Source: Thermodesulfobacteriota bacterium
GTDB taxonomy: Bacteria > Desulfobacterota > Desulfobulbia > Desulfobulbales > Desulfocapsaceae
Assembly (NCBI GenBank): GCA_039715055.1
Contig: JBDLID010000004.1
Span: 1-51,682 of the forward strand
Length of the DNA stretch: 51,682 bases
Reading direction: 5' to 3'
The translations under genes and the position numbers were made by a program. The notes beneath the pieces are model-generated. The model did no database searches, was not told where the DNA came from, and saw nothing but the letters and a program-made list of their open reading frames with translations. Below are positions 8,445 to 17,847 of the stretch, piece by piece (positions within the stretch are counted from its first letter, which is position 1; each line of letters begins with the position of its first letter).

Positions 8445-10217
8445 TCAGTCAGAGCTGTCTTGCTGTTCCAGGTTATTCTTTTTTCCCGAGGCATCATAAA
8501 GATACCGTTTGATCTTATGGGTAGCAGTCTTGATAAACGGTTCCCTCCGTTCATATAGTTGAGACAGGCGGGAGGCAGGAGGCAGCTGCTTGTTGACCTC
8601 TTTTTTCATATTCGCCAGCAGCTTTTCGATATAGGCATGCCGCTCGCTACGGTTCTGGCCGACGGTCTCCTCGTCGATCAATTCATAATCCGGGTAAACC
8701 CAGCCGTCGAGCCGACCGTTGTTCTCCACAACCAGTGATTCCACCACCCAGGCAAAGGCATTCATCTTGTGCTCAACCGGCTCAGGGTAGACATTTTCGC
8801 CGTTGGCCATAACGATCACATTTTTGGAGCGGCCACGAATATGGAGGTTGTTTTCTTCATCGAAATATCCGAGATCGCCGGTGAACAGCCAACCGTCTTC
8901 AGACAGCACCTCCTCGGTGGCTTCAGTGTCGTTCCAGTACCCCTGCATGACATTGGGACCACGTGCAGCAACCTCACCAACCCCGGTCTCGGGGTCCGGG
9001 TTCTTGATACGGATCTCAACATGGGGAATCGGCTTTCCGGTGGAACCAATGGCAATCGTCGGGTCTCCCGGAGGCCCACCTGCGAGCAGCGGTGCCGATT
9101 CCGTCATACCGTACCCGATGATATATGGAAAACCTGCAGCGTGAAGAAACTTCTCAACATCAGGGTTGAGTGCCGCACCACCAATTCCCATGAGCTGGAG
9201 GTTGCCACCGAAAAATTCGAGCAACTTGGCGCCGATTTTTTTGTAAATCATTTTTCTGCCGGCTTCGAACCGACAGACAGTGGACAGGACCAGGCTATTG
9301 TCGATTTTAGGCAGCACCCGTTTCTTGTAAATTTTTTCCATGACCAGCGGGACGGCAAACATGGCAAATGGTTTTTCTTCCTTGCACAACCTCTGAAGAA
9401 TTACCGGTGTGGGGGTCTTACCGGCATAGGCAATTCGAGCACCGGACAGCAGTGGCAGAATAAACCCGAGGGTAAACTCATAGGTGTGTGACATGGGCAG
9501 AATCGAGAGAAACACTGCCCCGGGTTCCACCTCAATCAATGACGAAGCCGAGTAGGCGTTGGCCGTCAAATTTTTATGGGTCAGCATCACCGCCTTGGAA
9601 AAACCGGAAGTGCCTGATGTATACAAAATAGCAGCGAGGTCCTCTTCATCGATCTCCTCGAAGCCGTACTCTTTTGACTCACCCAGTTTTTCATCACAGA
9701 GTTCATTGGCGCCATGGAGGTATTGTGAAAAGGGATCAACAAGGACAACACCTATGGTCCCCACATAATCATCAAGAGTGACCACCCGGGACAGGGTGTC
9801 ACGTTTGAGCTCATAGATTTTCTCAATCTGGCGCTGGGTGGTGAAGAGGAAAGAAACCTTCATCTCGGTAAGAATATGATGGACATCAGCTTCAGGAAGA
9901 TCAGGCAGAATGGGAACAACAATGGCACCGAGACGGACTATGGCAAAATAAGCCACTCCCCAGTTATGAGAATTCTCAGCAAGAATGGCAACGTGATCTC
10001 CTTTTTTGACTCCTTCATCAGTCAAACGGTAAGCAATTGCCATCACCCGGCCATAGAACTCACTATAGGTCAACGGGGTCTCCAACGCCATGCCTATGGC
10101 ATCACGATCTCCATAGAGATTTCGACTGTTGTCCAATATATAGTTCAGGGTCATCCGAACATCATCGTTACTTGACACTGGTAACCTCATTTTGGTGTGA
10201 ATCAAATCTACCTGCAA
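8445..10217 (-). CDS. AMP-dependent synthetase/ligase (long-chain acyl-CoA synthetase-like).
   Basis: The AMP-binding signature is LYTSGTSGFSKAVMLTHKNL. Length is 590 aa. It forms an operon with the FadL-like gene. Confidence 0.85.
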   Translation of the reverse strand: MQVDLIHTKMRLPVSSNDDVRMTLNYILDNSRNLYGDRDAIGMALETPLTYSEFYGRVMAIAYRLTDEGVKKGDHVAILAENSHNWGVAYFAIVRLGAIVVPILPDLPEADVHHILTEMKVSFLFTTQRQIEKIYELKRDTLSRVVTLDDYVGTIGVVLVDPFSQYLHGANELCDEKLGESKEYGFEEIDEEDLAAILYTSGTSGFSKAVMLTHKNLTANAYSASSLIEVEPGAVFLSILPMSHTYEFTLGFILPLLSGARIAYAGKTPTPVILQRLCKEEKPFAMFAVPLVMEKIYKKRVLPKIDNSLVLSTVCRFEAGRKMIYKKIGAKLLEFFGGNLQLMGIGGAALNPDVEKFLHAAGFPYIIGYGMTESAPLLAGGPPGDPTIAIGSTGKPIPHVEIRIKNPDPETGVGEVAARGPNVMQGYWNDTEATEEVLSEDGWLFTGDLGYFDEENNLHIRGRSKNVIVMANGENVYPEPVEHKMNAFAWVVESLVVENNGRLDGWVYPDYELIDEETVGQNRSERHAYIEKLLANMKKEVNKQLPPASRLSQLYERREPFIKTATHKIKRYLYDASGKKNNLEQQDSSD

Positions 10218-10740
10218 TCCGAATCAGAATTCGACAGCCGATACTAACTAATCGGGACCTTTAGGTCAACAATAAGGCCACCTTTAAAAATTGTCTTTTT
10301 GTCCCAACTCTTCGTTGCGCGAATAATTTTGTACCCGGAATATTAGAAGTGAGCCGAGCACTTCGTCCTCGGAATATCAGCTATATGCCTGTGGCAAAAT
10401 TCTCCTCACGCCTCGATTTGGAACAGATAAGCGAGGCACGAGACTCCGAAATACTAATTTTTCAAGGTACCCTATGAGACAGTTTTCAACTTGACCTAAA
10501 ATATGCGCTAATCCTAATAAAATCTTGACAATACGACCATTTCATAATACAAAATGTTAGAAATTGGTAAATGATTATTAATTAAATCTGCATCAGTATA
10601 GTCATTTTTCAATATTGATACATTAATTTATGCTTTGTTCCATACTCTATTATTTATTTGATATTACGAAATTCTTCACTAGTTATCCGGGACAGATTGC
10701 GAGAAAAACAACAGCTCAAGCTTAACCAGACATTTTTCTC

Positions 10741-11775
10741 ATGAATTATTTCCAGACATCAGTCAAATTGCTGTGCGGCCTTTTTATCAGTACTCTTTTT
10801 TTTCTGCCGTATTCAGTATCCGCCTCGATTCCAACACTGCAGGACTCCTTTAAAAGAGCTCCGCAGACAAAGAGTGCCTCCCGCGCTCCGCAAATCGTCA
10901 AAAAGACATCTTTGCCTGTTCTCGGCATTTATCGGGATATCTCTTTAAAAAGACGAGGCATCTCTCCTGCCACCAATAACAGTGACCGGAAAATAAAGCG
11001 GAAAATTTCTGCCAGAAGTGCCATCATCATTGACGCTGTCACTGGCAAGACCCTGTTCTCAAGGGCGCCTGACCGGCCACGACAGCCCGCTTCCACCATC
11101 AAGGTGATCACCGGTATGATCGCCATGAAGTCACTGTCGGAAACGGATAAGGTTGCTGTCAGTCCCAAGGCAGCCAGACAACCCCGATCAAAAATCTACC
11201 TCGATCATAAGAAAAACTATAAAGCCGCAGATCTCATCCAGGCGGTTCTTCTGGCTTCCGCAAATGATGCAAGTGTTGCCCTGGCTGAAAAAATTGCCGG
11301 CAATGAAAAAGAATTTGCTCAGATGATGACCCTGCGGGCCAGGCTGTGGGGTGCAAAAAATACCATCTGCCAGACAGCCTCCGGACTAACCGCCAAGGGA
11401 CAGCAAAGCACTGCAAGGGATCTGGCCACCATCTTCCGTCATGTCATGGCAGATGATGACTTTGCCGCCATTATGAAAAAGACCAAGGCCAGAACGACAA
11501 GAGGCAAACTGCTCCGCAATCACAACAAGGCTCTCTGGCAGATCAAGGGAGCAGAGGGCGGTAAGACCGGGTATACCAACAAGGCACGCCAGACCTATGT
11601 GGGCAAATTCAAGCGTGGTGGAAACGAGATTATCGTCGCAATCATGGGCAGTGAAACCATGTGGACCGACATCAAACGACTTGTGGAGTATGGTTTCACC
11701 CACAGCTTTGCCAACAACAGCGTTCCGGTTGACAATAAATCAGCCCAACCTGCTCAACTGATCGCCGGCCGTTAA
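10741..11775 (+). CDS. D-alanyl-D-alanine carboxypeptidase (serine peptidase S11, PBP5/DacC-like).
   Basis: A signal peptide is followed by the SxxK active-site motif (ASTIKVITGM) and an SAN-like motif (ASANDAS). Confidence 0.85.
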   Translation: MNYFQTSVKLLCGLFISTLFFLPYSVSASIPTLQDSFKRAPQTKSASRAPQIVKKTSLPVLGIYRDISLKRRGISPATNNSDRKIKRKISARSAIIIDAVTGKTLFSRAPDRPRQPASTIKVITGMIAMKSLSETDKVAVSPKAARQPRSKIYLDHKKNYKAADLIQAVLLASANDASVALAEKIAGNEKEFAQMMTLRARLWGAKNTICQTASGLTAKGQQSTARDLATIFRHVMADDDFAAIMKKTKARTTRGKLLRNHNKALWQIKGAEGGKTGYTNKARQTYVGKFKRGGNEIIVAIMGSETMWTDIKRLVEYGFTHSFANNSVPVDNKSAQPAQLIAGR

Positions 11776-11802
11776 TTCCCCTCCCTGCCAGCGTAATTGT
11801 CA

Positions 11803-11846
11803 ACAGTCTGTATACCTATTTCAACGGTATACAGACTGTTTTTATT
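11803..11846. terminator. Rho-independent terminator: ACAGTCTGTATACC / GGTATACAGACTGT hairpin followed by TTTTTAT.
   Basis: A perfect 14-bp inverted repeat plus a T-run. It sits between the convergent dacC-like and dnaE2 genes. Confidence 0.7.
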
Positions 11847-11887
11847 TCTGCCTCTCAACCTTGTCCCCATCTTTTAAAAAATTCGCT

Positions 11888-14884
11888 TCACGTCGTCCTG
11901 ACAAGACTCACCCTGTTCACCACCAGGCTGACTGCGCCAAAATCACGATCTATCGTCCCGTGCAGTACATACGGTCTGCCTGAGGACAGGAGATGGGCGT
12001 AACGCTGATATGTCCTTGGGAAAAAGGTGGTCTCCACCAGCCCGGTCTCATCCTCAAAGGTCAGGAACTCCATCACCTCGCCATTTTTGGTTGAAACCAG
12101 TTTGCCGGTGATCAGCCAACCGACAAAGCGCACTTTTTGACTGGTGTGATCCTCGAGATCGATTGCCCTGACCCGCCCTGCCAGGATACTTTCAGGCATC
12201 AGAGAGACCGGGTGACAGGAGGTGAGAAAACCCAGTATTGCATATTCCCTTCGCAGTCGCTCCCTGGTTACACCGTCTTTTAACTCTGGAGGAGGAGGCG
12301 CTGAAAAACCAAGCAGGGGTGTTGTCCGCTCCGCCGCTCTAGCACTATTGAGACGTGCGCACTCCCACAGCAGTTGACTGCGGCTCAAAGGTCCTGCCAC
12401 ACAATCCAGGGCACCGCTGTGGATCAGGGCCCGCACCTCGTCAGTCGACGGAGAGGTACGGACAAAAAAATCAGCCGGATTGCGATAAGCACCCTCCAGC
12501 CTGCAACTGATGACTCGCTCAACCAGACCGCGGGAAAGACCTTTGAGCGCCATCAGGCCGACCCGGACCACACTACCCTCGCCGCTCCATTTTCTGGTAC
12601 TTTCATTGACGCATGGAGGCACTATGGTCAAGCCGAGCCGCCTGGTCTCAGAGACATAGGCAAATGTGGAGTAGAAGCCACCCTCATTTGAAATCACCGC
12701 CGCCATGAACTGGGCCGGAAAATGGCACTTGAGATAGGCGGCCTGAAAAGAGACCTTTGCATAGGATGCCGAATGTGGCTTGCAGAATGAATAGCCGTCA
12801 AAGGAGAGGATCATCCGCCACAGATCCTCTATTACGCTTTGCTCGATCCCGTTTTGACGACAGCCTGAAAAAAATTCCTGCCGATAATCGGGCAGCCGCA
12901 TCTCCCGATCCTTTTTCGATAACACCTTGCGCAACCCGTCCGCCCGGGCGTGGGAAAAAGAGGCAAGGCGGACCGCCACCCGTGAAACATCCTCCTGGTA
13001 GACCATCAATCCGTAGGTCTCGTCCAGAACATCTGTCAGTAGAGGATGGAGCTGGTCATACCTGCCGCCATGGAGACGCCTGACATACTCCCTGACAAAT
13101 TCGTTGGCAGCCGGCCTGATGATCGATGACTGGATGACAAGCTGCTCAAAGTCACCCACCGCCGCCTTTTTCTGGAGAAGCCGCATGGCCGGGCTCTCGA
13201 TATAAAAGCAGCCCATGGTCAGCCCGTTGGCCACCGTCACCCTGGTGGCCGGATCATCTTCCGGCTGCCAGTTTGTCTCGTCAAATTCAACCCCACAGCC
13301 ACGCACAGCTCCAAGTCCGTCCCGGATGACACCCAGGCTGCGGTTGCCGAGCAGGTCGATCTTCACCAGCCCCGCCTCCTCGGTGCCATCCTTTTCCCAG
13401 TGAATGATGGGAACGCCCTTGGCGGCCCGCTCCACCGGTACATAGTGGTTGATCGGCTGCGGCGTGATGACCACGCCGCCCGGATGGACGGAGAGGTAAC
13501 GCGGAACTCCGACCAGTTGCTCCGCCTGTTTAAAAATTGACGGCCACGGTGGCGACAGGTCGATGCCCCGCATGGTCGGCAGGTGGGCCACGCTTGCCGC
13601 CATACTTGTACCATGACCACGATACCATGGCAGCCGCTTGGTCACCGTTGATATCTCCAGGGATGACAACCCATGGGCCCGGGCGGTTTCACGGATGGCC
13701 ATTTTCGGCTGAAAGCAGACGTGGTTGGCGACCATGGCGATGTGACCATTGAAATCATGAAGGACCTCGGCCAGAACATGGTCACGCTCGTCCCAGGAAA
13801 AATCGATATCGATGTCCGGCGGATCACTGCGGCCCGGATTTAAAAAACGCTCAAAATAGAGATTGTGTTTTACCGGGCAGACGTTTGTGATTTCCAGGCA
13901 GTAGGCAACAAGAGAGGCCGCACCTGAGCCGCGGCCGCAGATCCGCCTTTTTTTTCGCACACCGTTTGTTCCCAGGCGGTGGACGATATCACGCACCACC
14001 AAAAAATAGGAGGCGAATGCCATTTTACAGATCACCTTCAACTCGTGCTCCAGGCGTTCCACCACCGGTTCGGCCAGATCCTCTCCGTAGCGGTTGACCG
14101 CCCCCTCATAGGCCTTGCGACGCAGGACGGTGCCACTCTCTCCACGACCGCGCCAGGGCGGCATGATAATCCCAAAATCCGGGCCGCGGAATCGACAACG
14201 CGCTGCAAGCAGTTCACTGTTTTTCAAAACTTCAGGCCAGATTGCAAAACGGTCCGCATAAACATCAGGGTGCTCCAGATACTTCGCAGTGCAGTTGCTG
14301 CTTCGGCTCCTGATTTGCGACAGGCTTTTTTTCTCATCAATGGCCCGCAGCAGTTGAAACAGCTGCTGCTCATCCGGACCACCAAGGACTGCGGCCGGTG
14401 TACAGAGCGATGCGATCCTCCTGGACCGTGCCCAACTGCGCAGTCTCGATGCCCTTGCGTCCGGCTGCGCCCCGAGGTCCGCCGAAACCGACAGACCAGC
14501 CCGCTGCAGCCCCGCAAGAACTGTTCTGTTATCGCTTAAAAACAGAAGTCCCTCACCGTGGTCAGCGCACTCCCGGACGAGTTCAAAATCCGTATCCAGA
14601 TGCTTCCCTGTTAACAGCTGACAGAGGTTTTTATAGCCCTTCTCATTTTCAACCAGAGCGGTGAGCCGATGCCCGCCGTCGTCATCTATGTCCGCACCGA
14701 TAACCGGTCGCAGCCCCTCTTTTTTGCAGGCCGCAAGAAATGACCAGAGTCCGTAGAGGTTGTTCAGGTCGGTCAGGGCCAAACCGCTGTAGCCAGCCTT
14801 TTTTGCCAGGCGGCACAGTTTTGCCGGAGAGGCGGTGCCCTGCATCAGTGAATAGTGGGAACGGAGCCGCAGGGGGAAAAACAT
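11888..14884 (-). CDS. dnaE2: Error-prone DNA polymerase DnaE2 (ImuC), a Pol III alpha-like protein with a PHP domain.
   Basis: The 998-aa ORF has a PHP N-terminus (RSHYSLMQGTASPAKLCRLAKKAGYSGLALTDLNNLYG). Its start is coupled to the imuB stop by a 4-bp overlap. Confidence 0.9.
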   Translation of the reverse strand: MFFPLRLRSHYSLMQGTASPAKLCRLAKKAGYSGLALTDLNNLYGLWSFLAACKKEGLRPVIGADIDDDGGHRLTALVENEKGYKNLCQLLTGKHLDTDFELVRECADHGEGLLFLSDNRTVLAGLQRAGLSVSADLGAQPDARASRLRSWARSRRIASLCTPAAVLGGPDEQQLFQLLRAIDEKKSLSQIRSRSSNCTAKYLEHPDVYADRFAIWPEVLKNSELLAARCRFRGPDFGIIMPPWRGRGESGTVLRRKAYEGAVNRYGEDLAEPVVERLEHELKVICKMAFASYFLVVRDIVHRLGTNGVRKKRRICGRGSGAASLVAYCLEITNVCPVKHNLYFERFLNPGRSDPPDIDIDFSWDERDHVLAEVLHDFNGHIAMVANHVCFQPKMAIRETARAHGLSSLEISTVTKRLPWYRGHGTSMAASVAHLPTMRGIDLSPPWPSIFKQAEQLVGVPRYLSVHPGGVVITPQPINHYVPVERAAKGVPIIHWEKDGTEEAGLVKIDLLGNRSLGVIRDGLGAVRGCGVEFDETNWQPEDDPATRVTVANGLTMGCFYIESPAMRLLQKKAAVGDFEQLVIQSSIIRPAANEFVREYVRRLHGGRYDQLHPLLTDVLDETYGLMVYQEDVSRVAVRLASFSHARADGLRKVLSKKDREMRLPDYRQEFFSGCRQNGIEQSVIEDLWRMILSFDGYSFCKPHSASYAKVSFQAAYLKCHFPAQFMAAVISNEGGFYSTFAYVSETRRLGLTIVPPCVNESTRKWSGEGSVVRVGLMALKGLSRGLVERVISCRLEGAYRNPADFFVRTSPSTDEVRALIHSGALDCVAGPLSRSQLLWECARLNSARAAERTTPLLGFSAPPPPELKDGVTRERLRREYAILGFLTSCHPVSLMPESILAGRVRAIDLEDHTSQKVRFVGWLITGKLVSTKNGEVMEFLTFEDETGLVETTFFPRTYQRYAHLLSSGRPYVLHGTIDRDFGAVSLVVNRVSLVRTT

Positions 14885-14886
14885 TT

Positions 14887-16074
14887 TCAGGCCGAACTGT
14901 CAGCACATTTTCCCGGACCAAACCACACAGCATCGTGACCAAAACGGCTGCGAACCCGGTCCATGGCAGCAAACAGCTTCTCCTCCCGGAGCTGCCTCGG
15001 GTTTTTTGTGCAGAAGAGGGAAAGCTGGGGAGAGACCTTTTGCAAACGGTCGGCGATGAGTCTGCAGCTGCGCAGACGGCTGCGCATACTCCAGGCCCGG
15101 AGCAAGGCGTCAAAGGCCATTTTTTCGATCTCAACATCCCTGCTGCTCCCCTGTCGACCTGAGCTTCCTCCTGTACTGCGACGACCATCACTGTGATGAA
15201 GTTCAACCATAACCCGTCGGCATTCAAGCTGCCTTGAACGCAACTTGCGACAGAGACGCCCGGCGAGGCCTCTCAAACAGATACGGACAAGCTCGTGATC
15301 TCCACAGTCGTCATCAAACAGGTGCTCAAAAAAGATCTTTGCAGCCGACTCATTTTCAGCATGCACCTGACAACTGTCTATGCCGCGGCTGACCTGATGG
15401 AGAAATTCTCCGCCCTTGCCGAAGATAACCATGAGCTGCTGGGGGCTCAGACTTGCCAGTTCACCGACCCGGCTCAGATTGAACTCCGCCATCCGCCCCT
15501 GCTGGTGACGGCTCACTCCGGGAAGAATGGTAAGCGGCAGAGGAGCCAGAAATGCACTCTCTTCCCCCGGACCGACAATATATTCGCCCAGCGGCTTAAC
15601 CAGACGGGAGGCCACTTTTGAAACCAGCTTGGAAGTCGCCACCGTCCAGATCGGCCGGATTCCCAGGCGGTTGCCAAGCTGTTTACGCAGCCGCCAGGCA
15701 ATATCCGGCGGGGGACCAAACAGACGATGGGTGCCGGTCACATCGACAAAAAGATGACCATCGAGCAGCCCCTGCTCGATCTTTGGAGAAAAACTGCTCA
15801 CCTCGGAGACGAGGCCCTGCATGGCACGCCGGTAAAGAAGAGGCTGCGGCGGCAGGACTGCTGCACGGCGGCAGAGCCGTCTTGCCCGGCTGAGGCGCAT
15901 TCCTTTACGAACGCCGTCCTGGTATGCCTCTTCACTCATGTCATAGACCGAGGCCCGGCCGCCGGCTCCGGCAGCGATAAGAAGGGGGCGACTGCGCAGC
16001 GAGGTGTCTTCAAGGCGCTCTACGGCAACAGCAAAGTCAGCCACATTCAAGTGGATAATGGCACGTTCCAGCAT
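14887..16074 (-). CDS. imuB: ImuB-type Y-family DNA polymerase homolog (UmuC/DinB-like, mutagenesis cassette). The start was set at the internal ATG (MLERAIIHLNVADFAVAVE).
   Basis: The Y-family N-terminus follows the IxHxDxDxFFAxVE pattern. The longer ORF running to 16251 passes through a structured inverted repeat and has no match to the family N-terminus, so it was rejected. Confidence 0.75.
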   Translation of the reverse strand: MLERAIIHLNVADFAVAVERLEDTSLRSRPLLIAAGAGGRASVYDMSEEAYQDGVRKGMRLSRARRLCRRAAVLPPQPLLYRRAMQGLVSEVSSFSPKIEQGLLDGHLFVDVTGTHRLFGPPPDIAWRLRKQLGNRLGIRPIWTVATSKLVSKVASRLVKPLGEYIVGPGEESAFLAPLPLTILPGVSRHQQGRMAEFNLSRVGELASLSPQQLMVIFGKGGEFLHQVSRGIDSCQVHAENESAAKIFFEHLFDDDCGDHELVRICLRGLAGRLCRKLRSRQLECRRVMVELHHSDGRRSTGGSSGRQGSSRDVEIEKMAFDALLRAWSMRSRLRSCRLIADRLQKVSPQLSLFCTKNPRQLREEKLFAAMDRVRSRFGHDAVWFGPGKCADSSA

Positions 16075-16176
16075 GGTAGAAGGGTAAATACAATTCAGAA
16101 TCTGATTACGTATAAAGTGTCGCCACCTCTTGCCATTGAATAACAAGCAGTTAAGGCTGACATTCTGGCCCGGAGT

Positions 16177-16273
16177 GATAGATGTTTGATTTGCGGGACG
16201 CCATAAACCCATCCATAGGGGCTTGATCGCAGCCGTCCGGGCTGTGATCAAGCCCCCAAATCAAACATCTATC
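16177..16273. repeat. Nested long inverted repeat. The outer arms are a 17-bp perfect match (GATAGATGTTTGATTTG / CAAATCAAACATCTATC). The inner arms are an 11-bp perfect match (GGGGCTTGATC / GATCAAGCCCC).
   Basis: Read directly from the sequence in the 290-bp gap between the DUF72 stop and the imuB start. Confidence 0.6.
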
Positions 16274-16366
16274 CTCCCTACTCTGTCGAAAAAATTAATC
16301 CTGTATTCAATTATTAAATACCATGACTGAGTTTGGTGGGTAATCACCGTCCCATCCGGACGCTGC

Positions 16367-17230
16367 TCAACCGGCGGCGAGCAGCTGCCCGAACAGCCTG
16401 GCGTTTCTCGGTGCCTGGGCCCGGACATGATTGTTGAAAAATACCGCTCCGCTTGAGGCCCTGCTGCAGATAACCGACATATGGTCGCGCAACCAGCTCT
16501 TCAGCTCCTCTTCACTGTAGTCGTAGTCGAATTTCTGCTGCATATTGGCCGATCGCCAGCCCCTTTCATTGCGGCCATGAAAGCGGATATAAAAAAGGTC
16601 GGGATTGGTCACCACATCAAGCAGGGGAAAAAGACCGGGCAGTTGCGGAGCGTCAACGGTCACCAGGGTGACTCCTCGTTTCTCAAGCTCGGCAAAAACA
16701 GAATCCCGGGCCCAGGAACGATGACGAAATTCAACGGCCAGCGGCAGCCCGGCCAACCCGTCGAGCAGCCTGGCCAGATAGCTGCGCCTGGAGTGAGTCC
16801 AGTCAAAATCAGGAGGAAGCTGAATGAGGATGGCCAGTAAACGGTTCTTCAACGGAGCGATTCCCTGGCGATAAGAGCGCAGCTGTTCGGGCCACCCGGC
16901 ATCGACTTCATGGGTCAGGGTTCGGGTCAGCTTGGCGGCAAAACAGAAGTGGTCCGGAGCTCTGCTGACCATCCGCTCCACAGCCTCGGCCCTGACCATC
17001 TGGTACCAGGTATAGTTAAGCTCCACCACTGAAAATTTTTGACCATAGAGCGGCAGCATGTCAGGGGTTTTGGTCAGTGATGGATAAAAACCGCCGTCCA
17101 CCCACTCCGTATAGGAATAACCGCTGGTTCCGATCCGCACCCTGCTCTCCTGTGCAGAAGAGTGGTTTTGGACCATATGGACCTGCGGCAACGGATCCGT
17201 CTGCTGTTTCATAACCTCTTTGCTGCTCAC
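16367..17230 (-). CDS. DUF72 (YecE-like) family protein. It is translationally coupled to lexA through a GTGA overlap. An alternative internal ATG start is possible.
   Basis: The conserved DUF72 N-terminus is RIGTSGYSY, and the family-typical length is about 270 aa. Its start codon overlaps the lexA stop. Confidence 0.75.
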   Translation of the reverse strand: MSSKEVMKQQTDPLPQVHMVQNHSSAQESRVRIGTSGYSYTEWVDGGFYPSLTKTPDMLPLYGQKFSVVELNYTWYQMVRAEAVERMVSRAPDHFCFAAKLTRTLTHEVDAGWPEQLRSYRQGIAPLKNRLLAILIQLPPDFDWTHSRRSYLARLLDGLAGLPLAVEFRHRSWARDSVFAELEKRGVTLVTVDAPQLPGLFPLLDVVTNPDLFYIRFHGRNERGWRSANMQQKFDYDYSEEELKSWLRDHMSVICSRASSGAVFFNNHVRAQAPRNARLFGQLLAAG

Positions 17231-17841
17231 ATCTGTCCACGGATGACGCCGACCACCTTACCCTGGACCAGCAGCTCGCCGAACCCATAACGTTTTGCGT
17301 CGAACTCCTTGTTTTCAGGGCGAAGCTCAATACAGTCGTCATGGCGAAAAAACCGCTTCACAGTTGCCTCTTCACCGTGGAGAAGGGCCACTACAACCTC
17401 CCCGTTTTCCGCATACTGACGTGGTTCACACACCACAAAATCGCGGTCGAGAATCCCGGCGTCACGCATGGATTGTCCATCCACCCGGAGACAGAAAAGA
17501 TTGTCACCGGGAAACATTGCAGCGTCAACCCACACCGATCCATCCCACTCCTGCTGAGCATACATGGGCAGACCGGCGGTAATCTGCCCGATTACCGGCA
17601 GCTCACGACCGGCCCCACTTTTTTTCTCAGGTGGAGAACCGGACAGCAGGCGGATGGTGCGACTGTAATGACCGGCCCGCTCGAGATAGCCTTTTTTTTC
17701 AAGCTGACCAATAAACTGGGCCACCGCAGAATGGCTTATTCCCAGATCCAATGCGGCTTGACGCAGGCTTGGAGCCCGGCCCTGGTTGTCTAAACATTCT
17801 TTGAGGTAATCGAGAAAGGCGCTTTGTTTGGTGGTCAGCAT
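17227..17841 (-). CDS. lexA: LexA repressor: winged-helix N-terminus plus an S24 autopeptidase C-terminus.
   Basis: The 204-aa ORF has an HTH in the N-terminal region. The C-terminal S24 domain shows Ser/Lys dyad context (VDGQSMRDAGI...VVALLHGEEATVKRF). Confidence 0.9.
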   Translation of the reverse strand: MLTTKQSAFLDYLKECLDNQGRAPSLRQAALDLGISHSAVAQFIGQLEKKGYLERAGHYSRTIRLLSGSPPEKKSGAGRELPVIGQITAGLPMYAQQEWDGSVWVDAAMFPGDNLFCLRVDGQSMRDAGILDRDFVVCEPRQYAENGEVVVALLHGEEATVKRFFRHDDCIELRPENKEFDAKRYGFGELLVQGKVVGVIRGQM

Positions 17842-17847
17842 GAGAGA

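Noticed and set aside
8769-9491. 240-aa + strand ORF.
   Set aside because: It is antisense within the AMP-binding acyl-CoA synthetase gene.
12374-14664. Multiple 60-186-aa ORFs on both strands inside dnaE2.
   Set aside because: They are shadow ORFs in a high-GC gene. The dnaE2 frame has clear family homology throughout.
16075-16251. N-terminal 59-codon extension of the imuB ORF (MITARTAAIKPLWMGLWRPANQTS...).
   Set aside because: The extension runs through the nested inverted repeat and has no similarity to Y-family polymerase N-termini. The canonical start (MLERAIIHLNVADF) is at 16074.
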